Shown one piece after another: positions 8,486-17,886 of a DNA stretch of 32,000 nt (positions within the stretch are counted from its first letter, which is position 1; every line of letters starts with the position of its first letter). Source of the stretch: Candidatus Saccharimonadota bacterium (GTDB lineage Bacteria > Patescibacteriota > Microgenomatia > UBA1406 > GWC2-37-13); NCBI GenBank assembly GCA_001790095.1, contig MGBH01000001.1, positions 210,001 to 242,000 on the forward strand, in the 5' to 3' direction. The notes under the pieces were generated by a model, which saw nothing but the letters and a program-made list of their open reading frames with translations, was not told the origin of the DNA and did not search any database. Made by a program: the position numbers and the translations under genes.

Positions 8486-8968
8486 ATGAGTGATATAAAA
8501 GAGGAAGTAAAATTAGAAGAACGAATTTTAACTATTCGAAGAGTAACCAAGAAGACGACGGGAGGGAATTATGTTACCTTTTCGGCGCTTGTTGCGGTAG
8601 GAAATGGGAAAGGTAGTGTTGGAGTAGCGCTGGGACGCGGCTTAGAGGTTCCTCAAGCTATAAAAAAGGCATTGTTAAAAGCAAAGAAAAACATGATTAT
8701 AGTTCCTTTGCATAAGTCAACTATACCTCATGAAATCAAGTTGAAATACAAAGCAGGTATGATTTTTCTAAAACCAGCACCAGAGGGTACAGGGTTAAAG
8801 ATTGGTAGCGTTGCAAGAGTAATATTTGATTTAGCTGGGATCCATAATGCGTCAGGAAAAATCATTGGTTCTCGCAATCAAATCGTAAATACATATCTTG
8901 TTATTGAAGCATTAAAAAAACTAAAACATCGACATTTACCAGTTGATCGAAAAAAGAGTAATGAATAA
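8486..8968 (+). CDS. rpsE: 30S ribosomal protein S5
   Basis: RRVTKKTTGGNYVTFSALVAVGNGKGSVGVALGRGLEVPQAIKKA is the S5 signature. Confidence 0.95.
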   Translation: MSDIKEEVKLEERILTIRRVTKKTTGGNYVTFSALVAVGNGKGSVGVALGRGLEVPQAIKKALLKAKKNMIIVPLHKSTIPHEIKLKYKAGMIFLKPAPEGTGLKIGSVARVIFDLAGIHNASGKIIGSRNQIVNTYLVIEALKKLKHRHLPVDRKKSNE

Positions 8969-9410
8969 TTTTTTATCGCATCTTTCATCTATTACCATAA
9001 AGAAAAAAAAACGTGTTGGAAGAGGTTTAGGTAGTGGAAGAGGTGCAAAATCAGGAAGAGGAACTACTCGCCATCAAAAAGCAAGAGAAAACATCCCCCT
9101 TGGTTTTGAAGGTGGTCAAGGAAGATTAACAAAACGCTTCCCACTTCTTCGTGGTAAAGGAAGAAACAGGTCGAGAAAAGACAAGAGATATGTTATATAC
9201 ACAAAAGACCTGAACGCAATGAACGATGGCGATATCGTTGATGTGAAAAAACTAAAAGAGATGGGTTTTATTGATAAGAAAGAAATGTATCCACAAGTAA
9301 AGGTCATTGTAGGGGGGAAATTAGAAAAAAAAGTGACAGTAAAATTATTAATTTCCCAGTCTGCAAAAACCGCAGTTGAGAAAGCCGGTGGGTCGGTTAA
9401 GAGCATATGA
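8961..9410 (+). CDS. rplO: 50S ribosomal protein L15
   Basis: [29 protein letters not shown] is the L15 signature. The ATG at 8961 overlaps the rpsE stop (ATGAATAA), so no L30 gene can lie between S5 and L15. Confidence 0.92.
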   Translation: MNNFLSHLSSITIKKKKRVGRGLGSGRGAKSGRGTTRHQKARENIPLGFEGGQGRLTKRFPLLRGKGRNRSRKDKRYVIYTKDLNAMNDGDIVDVKKLKEMGFIDKKEMYPQVKVIVGGKLEKKVTVKLLISQSAKTAVEKAGGSVKSI

Positions 9411-10693
9411 AGGAGATAACAGAAAAACTACAGCTTTTATTTCGAGACCCACTCTTAAAAAAGAAAGCAATTTTTACACTCGCGATATTCCTTTTTTTTC
9501 GCATCTTTGCGTTTCTTCCTGTATCAGTCATAGATTTAACAAAACTGAAACTTCTTTTTTCGCAGAATCAATTTCTGTCTCTTCTTGATATTTTTTCGGG
9601 TGGAACATTGATTAATTTTTCGGTTATGGCGCTTGGTTTAAATCCCTATATTAACGCCTCAATCATTCTACAGCTTTTATCGGCTATTTTTCCGCAGCTG
9701 GAACAACTTGCAAAAGAAGGAGAATATGGAAGATTTAAGATGAACCAGTATACGCGTTTTCTTACCGTTCCTCTTACTATAGTTCAGGCGATAGGCATAT
9801 ATGTTTTATTAAAGAATCAGCAGGTCATTGGGAATTTGAATCCTTTTGAATTCTTTTCATTCATATTTACATTGGTTGCAGGGACCTTTATCCTTGTTTG
9901 GTTTGGTGAACTTATCTCAGAGTTTGGTTTGGGCAATGGAGTATCGCTTCTCATTTTTGTCGGTATAGTAGGAAGACTACCCATTATACTTGGAAGAACT
10001 GCTTTGACCATCAATCAGGAACTCATTTTTAATTTTGCGGTGTTTGTGATACTTTCGGTGCTTGTCATTGCTACGGTTGTATTTGTGAATGAAGCTGTTC
10101 GTAAGATTCCAGTTTACTATGCAAAGCGAATAAAAGGCAATAGAGTATATCAGGGAGCGACCAATTTTTTACCCTTAAAACTCAATCAAGCTGGAGTAAT
10201 ACCTATTATATTTGCCGTATCATTTGTTCTTATGCCTCAGTTGGTTGGTAATTTTTTAAAGTATGTAAAAAACCCCTTTATTTCAAATATTGCAACATTT
10301 CTTGCAAACGCCTTTAATCCTGAGGGTTTCTTTTATAACTTTTTCTATTTTATCTTAGTTATTGCATTTACATTTTTCTATACTGTTATTGTGTTTAATC
10401 CTCAAAAGATCGCCGATGAGATACAAAAACACGGTGGTTTTATTCCAGGCATAAGACCAGGTCTTGCCACAAAACAATTCTTGGAAAAAATCGTTTATAA
10501 AATCACAAGTGTTGGTGCAATCTTTCTTGGGATAATCGCAATTTTGCCCACACTAGCCTCCAAATTAACGGGTATGAATGAGCTTGTCATCGGCGGAACC
10601 GGTATTTTAATCGTTGTTTCCGTTATCCTTGAGACATTTAAGACAATGGAAGCACAGCTTATTATGAAAAGCTACGATAAGTTTGCACGATAG
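9407..10693 (+). CDS. secY: Preprotein translocase subunit SecY
   Basis: 428 aa, about 10 hydrophobic spans, with [27 protein letters not shown] and [10 protein letters not shown] motifs. ATGA overlap with rplO. Confidence 0.95.
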   Translation: MKEITEKLQLLFRDPLLKKKAIFTLAIFLFFRIFAFLPVSVIDLTKLKLLFSQNQFLSLLDIFSGGTLINFSVMALGLNPYINASIILQLLSAIFPQLEQLAKEGEYGRFKMNQYTRFLTVPLTIVQAIGIYVLLKNQQVIGNLNPFEFFSFIFTLVAGTFILVWFGELISEFGLGNGVSLLIFVGIVGRLPIILGRTALTINQELIFNFAVFVILSVLVIATVVFVNEAVRKIPVYYAKRIKGNRVYQGATNFLPLKLNQAGVIPIIFAVSFVLMPQLVGNFLKYVKNPFISNIATFLANAFNPEGFFYNFFYFILVIAFTFFYTVIVFNPQKIADEIQKHGGFIPGIRPGLATKQFLEKIVYKITSVGAIFLGIIAILPTLASKLTGMNELVIGGTGILIVVSVILETFKTMEAQLIMKSYDKFAR

Positions 10694-10716
10694 GTTATAA
10701 TTTTTTAGTTTTTACT

Positions 10717-10890
10717 ATGGCAAAAAAAGGATCGAGAGTTTTAATTGGATTTATATGTGAAGTTTGTAACAAGCAAAATTATGTTGTGGAGAAGAACAAA
10801 GTTAACACTCCAACAGCAATGAAGCTGAAAAAATACTGCAATAAATGTCGCAAGCACACATCACACAAAGAGACGAAGAAATTGGATTAA
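10717..10890 (+). CDS. rpmG: 50S ribosomal protein L33, zinc-ribbon form (below the ORF-track size cut-off)
   Basis: Hand-translated, 57 aa: MAKKGSRVLIGFICEVCNKQNYVVEKNKVNTPTAMKLKKYCNKCRKHTSHKETKKLD. It has the CxxC...CxxC pairs and the KETK ending typical of L33. Confidence 0.85.
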   Translation: MAKKGSRVLIGFICEVCNKQNYVVEKNKVNTPTAMKLKKYCNKCRKHTSHKETKKLD

Positions 10891-10911
10891 TTTTATTAAT
10901 TACTTTACAAT

Positions 10912-12036
10912 ATGAAGCTGGTCCTCATTGGTATCCAAGGTTCTGGTAAATCGACACAGGGAAATATACTTTCACATTTATTTAAAATACCATATCTTTC
11001 AACGGGTCATATATTTAGAGAGATAGCAAAAGAAAAAACAACCCTTGGTCGGTATATGAAAGAAACTATCAATGCAGGAATACTTGTTCCCGACCACAAA
11101 ACAATTGAAATTGTAAATAGTTATTTATCACGTCCAGAATATAAGAGAGGATACATACTCGATGGTTTTCCACGAACTTTAAAGCAAGCTCATGAATTTT
11201 CCAACAATGTAGACAAAGTCGTGTATCTTCGAATTCCTGACAAGGAAGCATTGTGGAGACTTATGAATCGGCATCAAAATCGATCCGACGAGACACTCCC
11301 AGCATTGAAAAAACGCATAGAATTATTCCATAAGTTCACAGAACCTGTTGTTGAGTTTTATGAGAAACAAGGAAAGTTAATAGAGCTTGATGGAACTAAA
11401 TCGATACACGAAGTACAAAGGGAGATACTTGAGAATCTTGGTAAACAGTTGGTGAAAAATCAAATAAAAGAATGGAAACAAAAGAAAAAATCTATTATCG
11501 CACTTGTTGGTCTACCGGGAGCAGGAAAGAGCGAGGCTGCTTCTTATTTTATTAAAAAGAAGCTTCCTGTAATTAGCTTCGGCAAGATTATTAACGACTA
11601 TATCGATGAACACAAATTAGGACACACGGAAGAGGTACATAAAAAAGTAAGAGAAGAGTTACGAATCAAACATGGCAAAGAAGCACTGGCCGTATTGAAT
11701 GAAAAAAAGATTCAAGAATCATTCAAAAAAAACAACATTGTAATAATAGACGGGATGCGATCGTGGGAAGAATACTTATATTTAAAAAAGCACCTAAAAA
11801 AAATTCAAGTATACATCTTAGCTCTTCATGCAAGCAAACATCTGCGCTATGAACGTTCAGCAAAGCGAAATTACCGGGCAAAGCTGTTTGGAGAAGTTCG
11901 AGACATAAACGAACTTATTGGAACAAACATGGGACCGACCATTGCGTTTGCAGATTTTCTTATAAAGAACAACTTTTCTATTGATGATTTGCATGATAAA
12001 TTAGAAGAAGTGTATCGGCAGGTATATTTTTCTTAA
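10912..12036 (+). CDS. adk: Adenylate kinase (about residues 1-185) fused to a second P-loop nucleotide-kinase-like domain (about residues 191-374)
   Basis: N-terminal half: GIQGSGKSTQ, STGHIFRE, YILDGFPRT and a short lid without cysteines, as in Adk. C-terminal half: a second Walker A GLPGAGKS (11509-11532), then IIDGMRS and RYERSAKRNYR...VRD...IAFADFLIKNN. This half resembles small stand-alone kinases annotated as UPF0200 or CoaE-like. Confidence 0.85.
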   Translation: MKLVLIGIQGSGKSTQGNILSHLFKIPYLSTGHIFREIAKEKTTLGRYMKETINAGILVPDHKTIEIVNSYLSRPEYKRGYILDGFPRTLKQAHEFSNNVDKVVYLRIPDKEALWRLMNRHQNRSDETLPALKKRIELFHKFTEPVVEFYEKQGKLIELDGTKSIHEVQREILENLGKQLVKNQIKEWKQKKKSIIALVGLPGAGKSEAASYFIKKKLPVISFGKIINDYIDEHKLGHTEEVHKKVREELRIKHGKEALAVLNEKKIQESFKKNNIVIIDGMRSWEEYLYLKKHLKKIQVYILALHASKHLRYERSAKRNYRAKLFGEVRDINELIGTNMGPTIAFADFLIKNNFSIDDLHDKLEEVYRQVYFS

Positions 12037-12052
12037 ACGTGGAATTGATTCA

Positions 12053-12805
12053 ATGATAAACTATAAAACCAGTAAGGAGATAGGGGCGATGAAGGAGTGT
12101 GGATTAAAATTGCGGAAATCAGTCGAGCTTCTCCTTCCGCTAGTAAAGCCGGGAATGACAACGGAACTTATAGACAAGACCGCAGAGAAAATTATAGTTT
12201 CTCAAGGAGCAGAGACGTCTTTTAATAAGGTGAAAGGATACTTTTGGACAACGTGCGTACCAATAAATGAACAGGTAGTGCATACGCCACCTGGAAAAAG
12301 AGTCATAAAGAATGGAGATGTTTTAACGATAGATATTGGAGCATATTTTGGAGGTTTTCATACGGATTATGCGACGACCTTTATCGTTGGAAAACAAGAA
12401 GATAGCAAGGTTTCTCATTTTCTTGACATAGGTAAGGAAACTTTGACAAATGCCATAAAACAAGCAAAAGTAGGAAATCATTTAGGACACATATCACATG
12501 CAATCGAAGAGGGAATATGCAAAAATGGGTATTTTGTCATGAGGCAGCTGACAGGACATGGGGTTGGTAAAGAGTTGCATGAAGAGCCGTTCGTGCCTGG
12601 TTTGTTAGATAAACCAATAGAAAAAACTTTGAAAATTAAACCAGGGTTAGTTCTAGCTATTGAGGTTATCTACTCAATGGGAACTGAAGAAATCGCATAT
12701 GAAAAGGGAGTTGACTGGTCGATCATAACAGCTGATAAGAGTCTTTCAGCCTGTTTTGAACATACCGTTGCGATTACAGATAAAAATACGTTTATTTTAA
12801 CGTAA
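12053..12805 (+). CDS. map: Methionine aminopeptidase, type I
   Basis: [22 protein letters not shown]...HTDYA...[12 protein letters not shown]...LAIEV...EHTV are the MetAP metal-ligand motifs. Canonical position after adk. Confidence 0.93.
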   Translation: MINYKTSKEIGAMKECGLKLRKSVELLLPLVKPGMTTELIDKTAEKIIVSQGAETSFNKVKGYFWTTCVPINEQVVHTPPGKRVIKNGDVLTIDIGAYFGGFHTDYATTFIVGKQEDSKVSHFLDIGKETLTNAIKQAKVGNHLGHISHAIEEGICKNGYFVMRQLTGHGVGKELHEEPFVPGLLDKPIEKTLKIKPGLVLAIEVIYSMGTEEIAYEKGVDWSIITADKSLSACFEHTVAITDKNTFILT

Positions 12806-12828
12806 TATTGTGGTACAATTATATCTTT

Positions 12829-13044
12829 ATGAAAGACAACGTTGTTGTGGTAGAGGGAGAAGTAATTGAGAATCTTCCAAACACACTTTTTCGGATTAAA
12901 CTATTCAACTCAGAAAAAGTGATACTTTGTTATCTTTCAGGGAAAATGAGGAAGAATTATATAAGGATTCTTCCGGGCGATAAGGTAAGGGCAGAGATAA
13001 CCCCTTACGATATAAATAGGGGAAGGATAGTTTACAGAATCTAA
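12829..13044 (+). CDS. infA: Translation initiation factor IF-1
   Basis: [19 protein letters not shown]...[33 protein letters not shown] is the IF-1 S1-fold signature. I chose the ATG at 12829 over the TTG at 12808. Confidence 0.93.
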   Translation: MKDNVVVVEGEVIENLPNTLFRIKLFNSEKVILCYLSGKMRKNYIRILPGDKVRAEITPYDINRGRIVYRI

Positions 13045-13049
13045 ACAAT

Positions 13050-13163
13050 ATGAACATACAGTCATCTATAAAAAAGATTTGTCCGAAATGCAAAATTGTG
13101 AAGCGTAAAGGAAAGCTATATGTTATTTGTGCAAATCCGAGACATAAACAAAGACAGGGATAA
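13050..13163 (+). CDS. rpmJ: 50S ribosomal protein L36 (below the ORF-track size cut-off)
   Basis: Hand-translated, 37 aa: [37 protein letters not shown]. It has the CxxC...C...H zinc motif and the canonical infA-rpmJ-rpsM position. Confidence 0.9.
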   Translation: MNIQSSIKKICPKCKIVKRKGKLYVICANPRHKQRQG

Positions 13164-13186
13164 TTTTAATATTTTAAATTAGATAT

Positions 13187-13618
13187 ATGGTAAGAATATT
13201 TGGGCTTGTAATACCAGATGGTAAAAGGATTGAGTATGCTTTAACACTGGTTTATGGGTTAGGATGGACAAGTGCAGGAAAAATTTGTGAAATGGCAGGT
13301 GTGGATAAACATAAAAAGCTTTCAGAATTAAAGGAAGAGGATGTCCGAAAGATAGTGTCAATAATTGAAAAGAATTATAAAGTTGAAGGAGACCTGCGTG
13401 AAGAATTAACAGGAAATATCAAACGGTTAAAAGAGATTGTTGCCTATCGTGGAGTACGACATACAAGAGGACTTCCAGTACGTGGTCAAAGAACAAAGTC
13501 AAACTCTCGTACCAAAAAGGGGAAAAGAAAGACAGTTGGAGCATTAAAGAAAGAAGTATGGGCAAAGATGGAGCAACAGAAAACCCAAACAGCAGTTACA
13601 GCAAAAAGTTCTAAATAA
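13187..13618 (+). CDS. rpsM: 30S ribosomal protein S13
   Basis: MVRIFGLVIPDGKRIEYALTLVYGLG...YRGVRHTRGLPVRGQRTKSNSRT is the S13 signature. Confidence 0.95.
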   Translation: MVRIFGLVIPDGKRIEYALTLVYGLGWTSAGKICEMAGVDKHKKLSELKEEDVRKIVSIIEKNYKVEGDLREELTGNIKRLKEIVAYRGVRHTRGLPVRGQRTKSNSRTKKGKRKTVGALKKEVWAKMEQQKTQTAVTAKSSK

Positions 13619-13622
13619 TAAT

Positions 13623-14003
13623 ATGGGCACAAAAAAGAAACAAAACACAAGAATTATTGAGAGCGGAAAAATTTATATAACTGCAACTTTTAACAACACA
13701 ATAGTTACTGTATCGGACGACGCAGGAAAGGCTATTGCCATAGGTTCAAGCGGCATGCATGGTTTTACAGGAACAAGAAAATCAACCCCCTATGCGGCAA
13801 CAGTTACTACAGAAGGTGTTTTAAAAAAAGCCATGCTTGATCATGGTATGAGAAGGGCAGTGATTTTTGTCAAGGGAATTGGACCAGGTAGAGAAGCTGC
13901 ATTACGGGCCCTTAAGGGTTCTAATCTTGAAATTGATGTTATTATTGACGTTACTCCAGTTCCTCATAATGGAGTAAGACCACCCAAGGTAAGAAGAGTT
14001 TAA
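13623..14003 (+). CDS. rpsK: 30S ribosomal protein S11
   Basis: ATFNNTIVTVSDDAGKAIAIGSSG...TPVPHNGVRPPKVRRV is the S11 signature. Confidence 0.95.
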   Translation: MGTKKKQNTRIIESGKIYITATFNNTIVTVSDDAGKAIAIGSSGMHGFTGTRKSTPYAATVTTEGVLKKAMLDHGMRRAVIFVKGIGPGREAALRALKGSNLEIDVIIDVTPVPHNGVRPPKVRRV

Positions 14004-14028
14004 GGAATTTATTATTTTATTAAGTTTT

Positions 14029-14649
14029 ATGCGACATATTGGACCTAAAAATAGAATTGCACGAAGGGAAGGGATTGATCTTGGACTTAAAACCCCAGGT
14101 TCAAAATCTCATGCCAATCTGTTAAAAAAAATAAATATTCCTCCGGGACAACACGGAGCTGGAAGAATGAAAAAAGTGTCAGAAAGAGGAAAGCAACTTC
14201 GTGAGACTCAAAAATTAAAATATATATTCGGACTTTCAACCAAACAGTTAAAAAGATACTTCATTCATGCAGTAAAAAAGACCGGCAATACGGGATTTTT
14301 TATGTGTCAAATGCTCGAGAAGAGACTAGACAATATTGTATATCGTTTAGGATTTGCACCGACAAGAGCCGCAGCTCGACAATTGGTTGGTCACAAACAC
14401 ATTAAAGTCAATGATAAGCCTGCAAGCATTCCTTCAATGCAACTAAGAACCAATGATGTTGTGACATTTTTAAACGAAAAATCTCAAAAGATTCCCGCCA
14501 TAGAAAAAACCTTGTTGAATAAGGATATTATTATGCCTGCATGGCTTGAACGAAAGGCTACTATTGGGAAGATTACAGGAGATCCAACATCAGAACTTAT
14601 TGAAAAACAAATTATTTTACGATTAGTGATCGAATATTTTTCACGCTAA
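14029..14649 (+). CDS. rpsD: 30S ribosomal protein S4 (cysteine-free N-terminus)
   Basis: LEKRLDNIVYRLGFAPTRAAARQLVGHKHIKVNDK is the S4 domain. The N-terminus MRHIGPKNRIARREG is also S4-like. Confidence 0.94.
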   Translation: MRHIGPKNRIARREGIDLGLKTPGSKSHANLLKKINIPPGQHGAGRMKKVSERGKQLRETQKLKYIFGLSTKQLKRYFIHAVKKTGNTGFFMCQMLEKRLDNIVYRLGFAPTRAAARQLVGHKHIKVNDKPASIPSMQLRTNDVVTFLNEKSQKIPAIEKTLLNKDIIMPAWLERKATIGKITGDPTSELIEKQIILRLVIEYFSR

Positions 14650-14676
14650 TTATCATTTATTAGTTAATTATTTTAT

Positions 14677-15606
14677 ATGCTGACACCAAACTTTTCTACA
14701 AAAAAGATGCAGTCAACCTCAGATTACGAACAATTTGTATTGGAGCCATTAGCGCCAAGCTTTGGTCAAACTATGGGTAATTCGTTAAGAAGGACCCTTC
14801 TCTCCTCATTAAAAGGAGCGGCAATAGTCGGAGTAAAAATCGATGACGTTCCTCATCTTTTTAGTTCTTTGAAAGGCGTAAAAGAGACCGCGCTTGAGAT
14901 TGTATTAAATCTAAAACTGATCAAATTTAAACTTACCGGTGAAGGATCATTCAAGGTCAAAATTTCTAAAAAAGGTATAGGAAAAGTATATGCGAAGGAT
15001 ATTGAAGGAGAAGCGGAGGTAGTAAGTGAGGACCTTTATATCGCTGAGATAACCGATGCTAAAGGTAAACTTGAGATAGAGGCAATCGTTGAAGAAGGAT
15101 ATGGTTATATATTGGCTGAAGAACAACAGACTAAAGAATTCGGATACATCGCAATTGATTCTTCATTTTCTCCAGTTAAAAAAGTTAATTTTAAGACAGA
15201 GGGGGCCCGCGTTGGAAGAAAAACCAACTTTGACAGGTTGATTTTAGATATTTGGACAGATGGTAGTATAACTCCAGAGGAAGCGCTAAAACAGTCGGCA
15301 AAAACGCTCACTACGCAATTTAACCATATTTTAACTGTTGAAAGCACCACATCAGGAGCAACGCCAGGAGAGGCTAAAACATCAGAGGTAAAAGCAGAGA
15401 TAGACAAAAAGTTCTATGATCTTATCATCGACGAATTAAATCTTCCATCACGGGTTGTGAACGCACTTCTTCGTGAAAATATTGAAACAGTTGCTGATCT
15501 TATAAAGATTGGGGAAGACAAACTTGTAGTATTTAAGGGTTTAGGTAAGAAATCAATCGAACTCATCAAAGATGAATTAAAAAAATTAGGTGTGCAATGG
15601 AGCTGA
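14677..15606 (+). CDS. rpoA: DNA-directed RNA polymerase subunit alpha
   Basis: LEPLAPSFGQTMGNSLRRTLLSSLKGAA is the N-terminal domain. The C-terminal domain carries LNLPSRVVNALLRENIETVADL. Confidence 0.94.
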   Translation: MLTPNFSTKKMQSTSDYEQFVLEPLAPSFGQTMGNSLRRTLLSSLKGAAIVGVKIDDVPHLFSSLKGVKETALEIVLNLKLIKFKLTGEGSFKVKISKKGIGKVYAKDIEGEAEVVSEDLYIAEITDAKGKLEIEAIVEEGYGYILAEEQQTKEFGYIAIDSSFSPVKKVNFKTEGARVGRKTNFDRLILDIWTDGSITPEEALKQSAKTLTTQFNHILTVESTTSGATPGEAKTSEVKAEIDKKFYDLIIDELNLPSRVVNALLRENIETVADLIKIGEDKLVVFKGLGKKSIELIKDELKKLGVQWS

Positions 15607-15609
15607 CAT

Positions 15610-16050
15610 ATGAAAAATAGAGGACATAAAATAAAATTCAGAGGGGGGAAAGACGCAAACAAAATGTTAATGCGTAAACTTGCAACAAATTTCCTTCTCA
15701 AAGGAAAAATGGAGACGACAAAACAAAAAGCAAAAGCAGCACAATCGATAGTAGAAAAGCTTGTCACCAAGGCCAAAACTAATAGCGAGGCAGACCGGAA
15801 CTTTATGCTGAAACACGTTACTATACAATCAATGGTAAAGATACTTGTTTCTCAAATAGCGCCCTCACTCACAAAAGTTTCAAGCGGTTACACAAGAATT
15901 GTGTCGATGGGGCAACGAGGGACTGATGGTGCACAGATTGCACGGCTCGAATGGGTTTACCCAGTTGTTTTAGAAACAGAAAAGAAAATAGTTGAAAAAA
16001 AGCAATCACCAAAAAAAGAAGTTATAGAAAAAGAAGCAAATAAAAGTTAA
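15610..16050 (+). CDS. rplQ: 50S ribosomal protein L17
   Basis: Position after rpoA. LATNFLLKGKMETTKQKAK...GYTRIV...RGTDGAQIARLEWV is L17-like, with a Lys/Glu-rich tail. Confidence 0.9.
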   Translation: MKNRGHKIKFRGGKDANKMLMRKLATNFLLKGKMETTKQKAKAAQSIVEKLVTKAKTNSEADRNFMLKHVTIQSMVKILVSQIAPSLTKVSSGYTRIVSMGQRGTDGAQIARLEWVYPVVLETEKKIVEKKQSPKKEVIEKEANKS

Positions 16051-16058
16051 TTCATGTT

Positions 16059-16502
16059 ATGGTACACCTGACAAAAAGCACAAAACCAATTTCAGAGAAA
16101 TCAATCAATAGAAAATGGCACCTTATTGATGTAAAAGGAAAAATAGTCGGAAGAATTGCTCCCTACATTTCGTCTTTACTTCAAGGAAAGGGTAAGGTAA
16201 ACTATGCCCCTTATCTTGATGCAGGAGATTATGTTGTTGTGGTAAACTCAGCACTGGTCAAATTTACAGGAAAGAAGCTTCAGGACAAAGTATATTCAAG
16301 ATATTCTGGCTATCCTGATGGATTAAAAAAGGCAACAGCTGAGGAAGTATTAAGAAGGAATCCAAACCGCATTATCAAAGAAGCTGTGTCTGGAATGTTA
16401 CCAAAAAACAAGCTTCGAGACAGACGTCTTGCTAGGCTTTTTATATCGCCTAACGAAAGCCATCCATATCAGCACAAATTGCAGGCAAATATTAAAAATT
16501 GA
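16059..16502 (+). CDS. rplM: 50S ribosomal protein L13
   Basis: KWHLIDVKGKIVGRIAPYISSLLQGK...YSRYSGYPDG...MLPKNKL is the L13 signature. Confidence 0.95.
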   Translation: MVHLTKSTKPISEKSINRKWHLIDVKGKIVGRIAPYISSLLQGKGKVNYAPYLDAGDYVVVVNSALVKFTGKKLQDKVYSRYSGYPDGLKKATAEEVLRRNPNRIIKEAVSGMLPKNKLRDRRLARLFISPNESHPYQHKLQANIKN

Positions 16503-16516
16503 ACTAAAAGTTTATA

Positions 16517-16972
16517 ATGGTAAAAAAAACAAAAAACATTCTTTACTATGAAGCAATAGGGAGGCGAAGGGAAGCTGTTGCTCGAGTGAGGTTGTATATC
16601 ACCGGCAAAGACAAAACAGCGTCTGTTGGTGGTATCAAACTTAAACAGGGAGATATCATGGTAAACGATAAACCGATTCAATCTGTTTTTCCTGCACTTT
16701 TTGAAAAGACTCAATATCTGCGTCCATTTAAAATCACCTTAACCGAAGAACGATTTGCAGTGTCTATCCACGTTCGTGGAGGAGGGAAAAAAGGACAACT
16801 TGGAGCTATTATACATGGTTTAGCACGTGCCATTGAAAAAACTGATAAAGATGCTCTGAGGCCGCTTCTAAAAAAAGAGGGAATGCTAACGAGGGACCCC
16901 CGTACAAGAGAGCGTAGAAAAGTAGGAACGGGAGGAAAAGCAAGAAGAGTAAAGCAATCACCAAAACGATAA
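16517..16972 (+). CDS. rpsI: 30S ribosomal protein S9
   Basis: YYEAIGRRREAVARVRL...GGGKKGQLGAIIHGLARA...RDPRTRERRKVGTGGKARRVKQSPKR is the S9 signature. Confidence 0.95.
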   Translation: MVKKTKNILYYEAIGRRREAVARVRLYITGKDKTASVGGIKLKQGDIMVNDKPIQSVFPALFEKTQYLRPFKITLTEERFAVSIHVRGGGKKGQLGAIIHGLARAIEKTDKDALRPLLKKEGMLTRDPRTRERRKVGTGGKARRVKQSPKR

Positions 16973-16982
16973 GCTTTCATCA

Positions 16983-16993
16983 ATGCTATATAA
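16983..16993 (+). promoter_or_regulatory. Possible -10 region ahead of the glycan locus
   Basis: The sequence TGCTATATAAT contains TATAAT at 16988-16993, 11 nt before the ATG at 17005. I found no convincing -35 box and no Shine-Dalgarno sequence. Confidence 0.25.
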
Positions 16994-17004
16994 TAAGAGA
17001 GTAT

Positions 17005-17886
17005 ATGAAAGGTCTTTCTATCATAATTCCTTCCTTCAATACCAAAAAAATCACTAAGCAGTGTATTACCGCTTTAAATGGCGTACTACTCAACAATAAA
17101 ATACCGTATCAGATCATTGTTGTTGACAATTCTTCAACTGATGGTTCACAAATAATGCTTCAAGAAGTAAAAAATCCCCGCTTGTTTACTGTTTTTAACT
17201 CTGAAAACAAAGGCTATGGAAAGGCGAATAATCAAGGACTTAAGATAGCGTCTATGGACTATGTATTGTTTCTCAATTCTGATGTGTTAGTAGACAAACA
17301 GATGGACTTTTCAAAACTTATACATTTTTTTGAAACTCATGAAAAGATAGGGGGTTTAACAGTAAAGGTGAATTTAATAAACGGTTCAATTGATCCGGCC
17401 TCACATAGAGGATTCCCAACCCCATGGCGTTCGCTATGCTATTTTATTGGGTTTGAGCGCCTTTTCTCAAAAATACCAATTGTGAATCGTTTATTTGGAG
17501 GATATCATTTGGTTTTTCTTGATAAAAAGAGCACTCATGAAATTGATTCTCCAACAGGAGCTTTCTTTATGGTGTCACGATCATTACTTCAAGAGCTGCA
17601 TGGATTTGATGAGGACTTTTTCATGTATGGAGAAGACCTAGACCTATCCTTCAGAATAAAAGAAAAAGGTTATAAGATCATATATCTTCCCACCTTCCAA
17701 GTCCTGCATTATAAATACCAAAGCGGTTTACAGAATAAGAAAAACCAAGAGTTGCGAAAAAAAATAAGAAAAAGTTTTTACGAAGCCATGGCAACCTTTT
17801 ATAAAAAGCATTATGAAAGAGTGTATCCGCCAATAGTAAATAGATTTATTTATTTTTTGATTAGATTAAAAACAAATCAATTATGA
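17005..17886 (+). CDS. Family 2 glycosyltransferase (rhamnosyltransferase-like)
   Basis: LSIIIPSFNTKK, VVDNSSTDGS, FLNSDV, GAFFMVSR and FFMYGEDLDLSFR are GT2 (GT-A fold, DxD) motifs. Confidence 0.88.
   Translation: MKGLSIIIPSFNTKKITKQCITALNGVLLNNKIPYQIIVVDNSSTDGSQIMLQEVKNPRLFTVFNSENKGYGKANNQGLKIASMDYVLFLNSDVLVDKQMDFSKLIHFFETHEKIGGLTVKVNLINGSIDPASHRGFPTPWRSLCYFIGFERLFSKIPIVNRLFGGYHLVFLDKKSTHEIDSPTGAFFMVSRSLLQELHGFDEDFFMYGEDLDLSFRIKEKGYKIIYLPTFQVLHYKYQSGLQNKKNQELRKKIRKSFYEAMATFYKKHYERVYPPIVNRFIYFLIRLKTNQL

Noticed and set aside
190-16983. Antisense ORFs of 60-120 aa inside ribosomal-protein genes, secY and rpoA on the ORF track (for example 190-402, 1048-1278, 4629-4937, 6419-6763, 7243-7590, 9116-9406, 15105-15407, 15414-15776 and 16711-16983, all minus strand)
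   Set aside because: Each lies wholly opposite a strongly conserved, confidently identified plus-strand gene. Their translations are low-complexity and rich in Phe, Ser and Leu, as expected from the reverse complement of Lys/Glu-rich genes. None has a recognisable family or start-site context.
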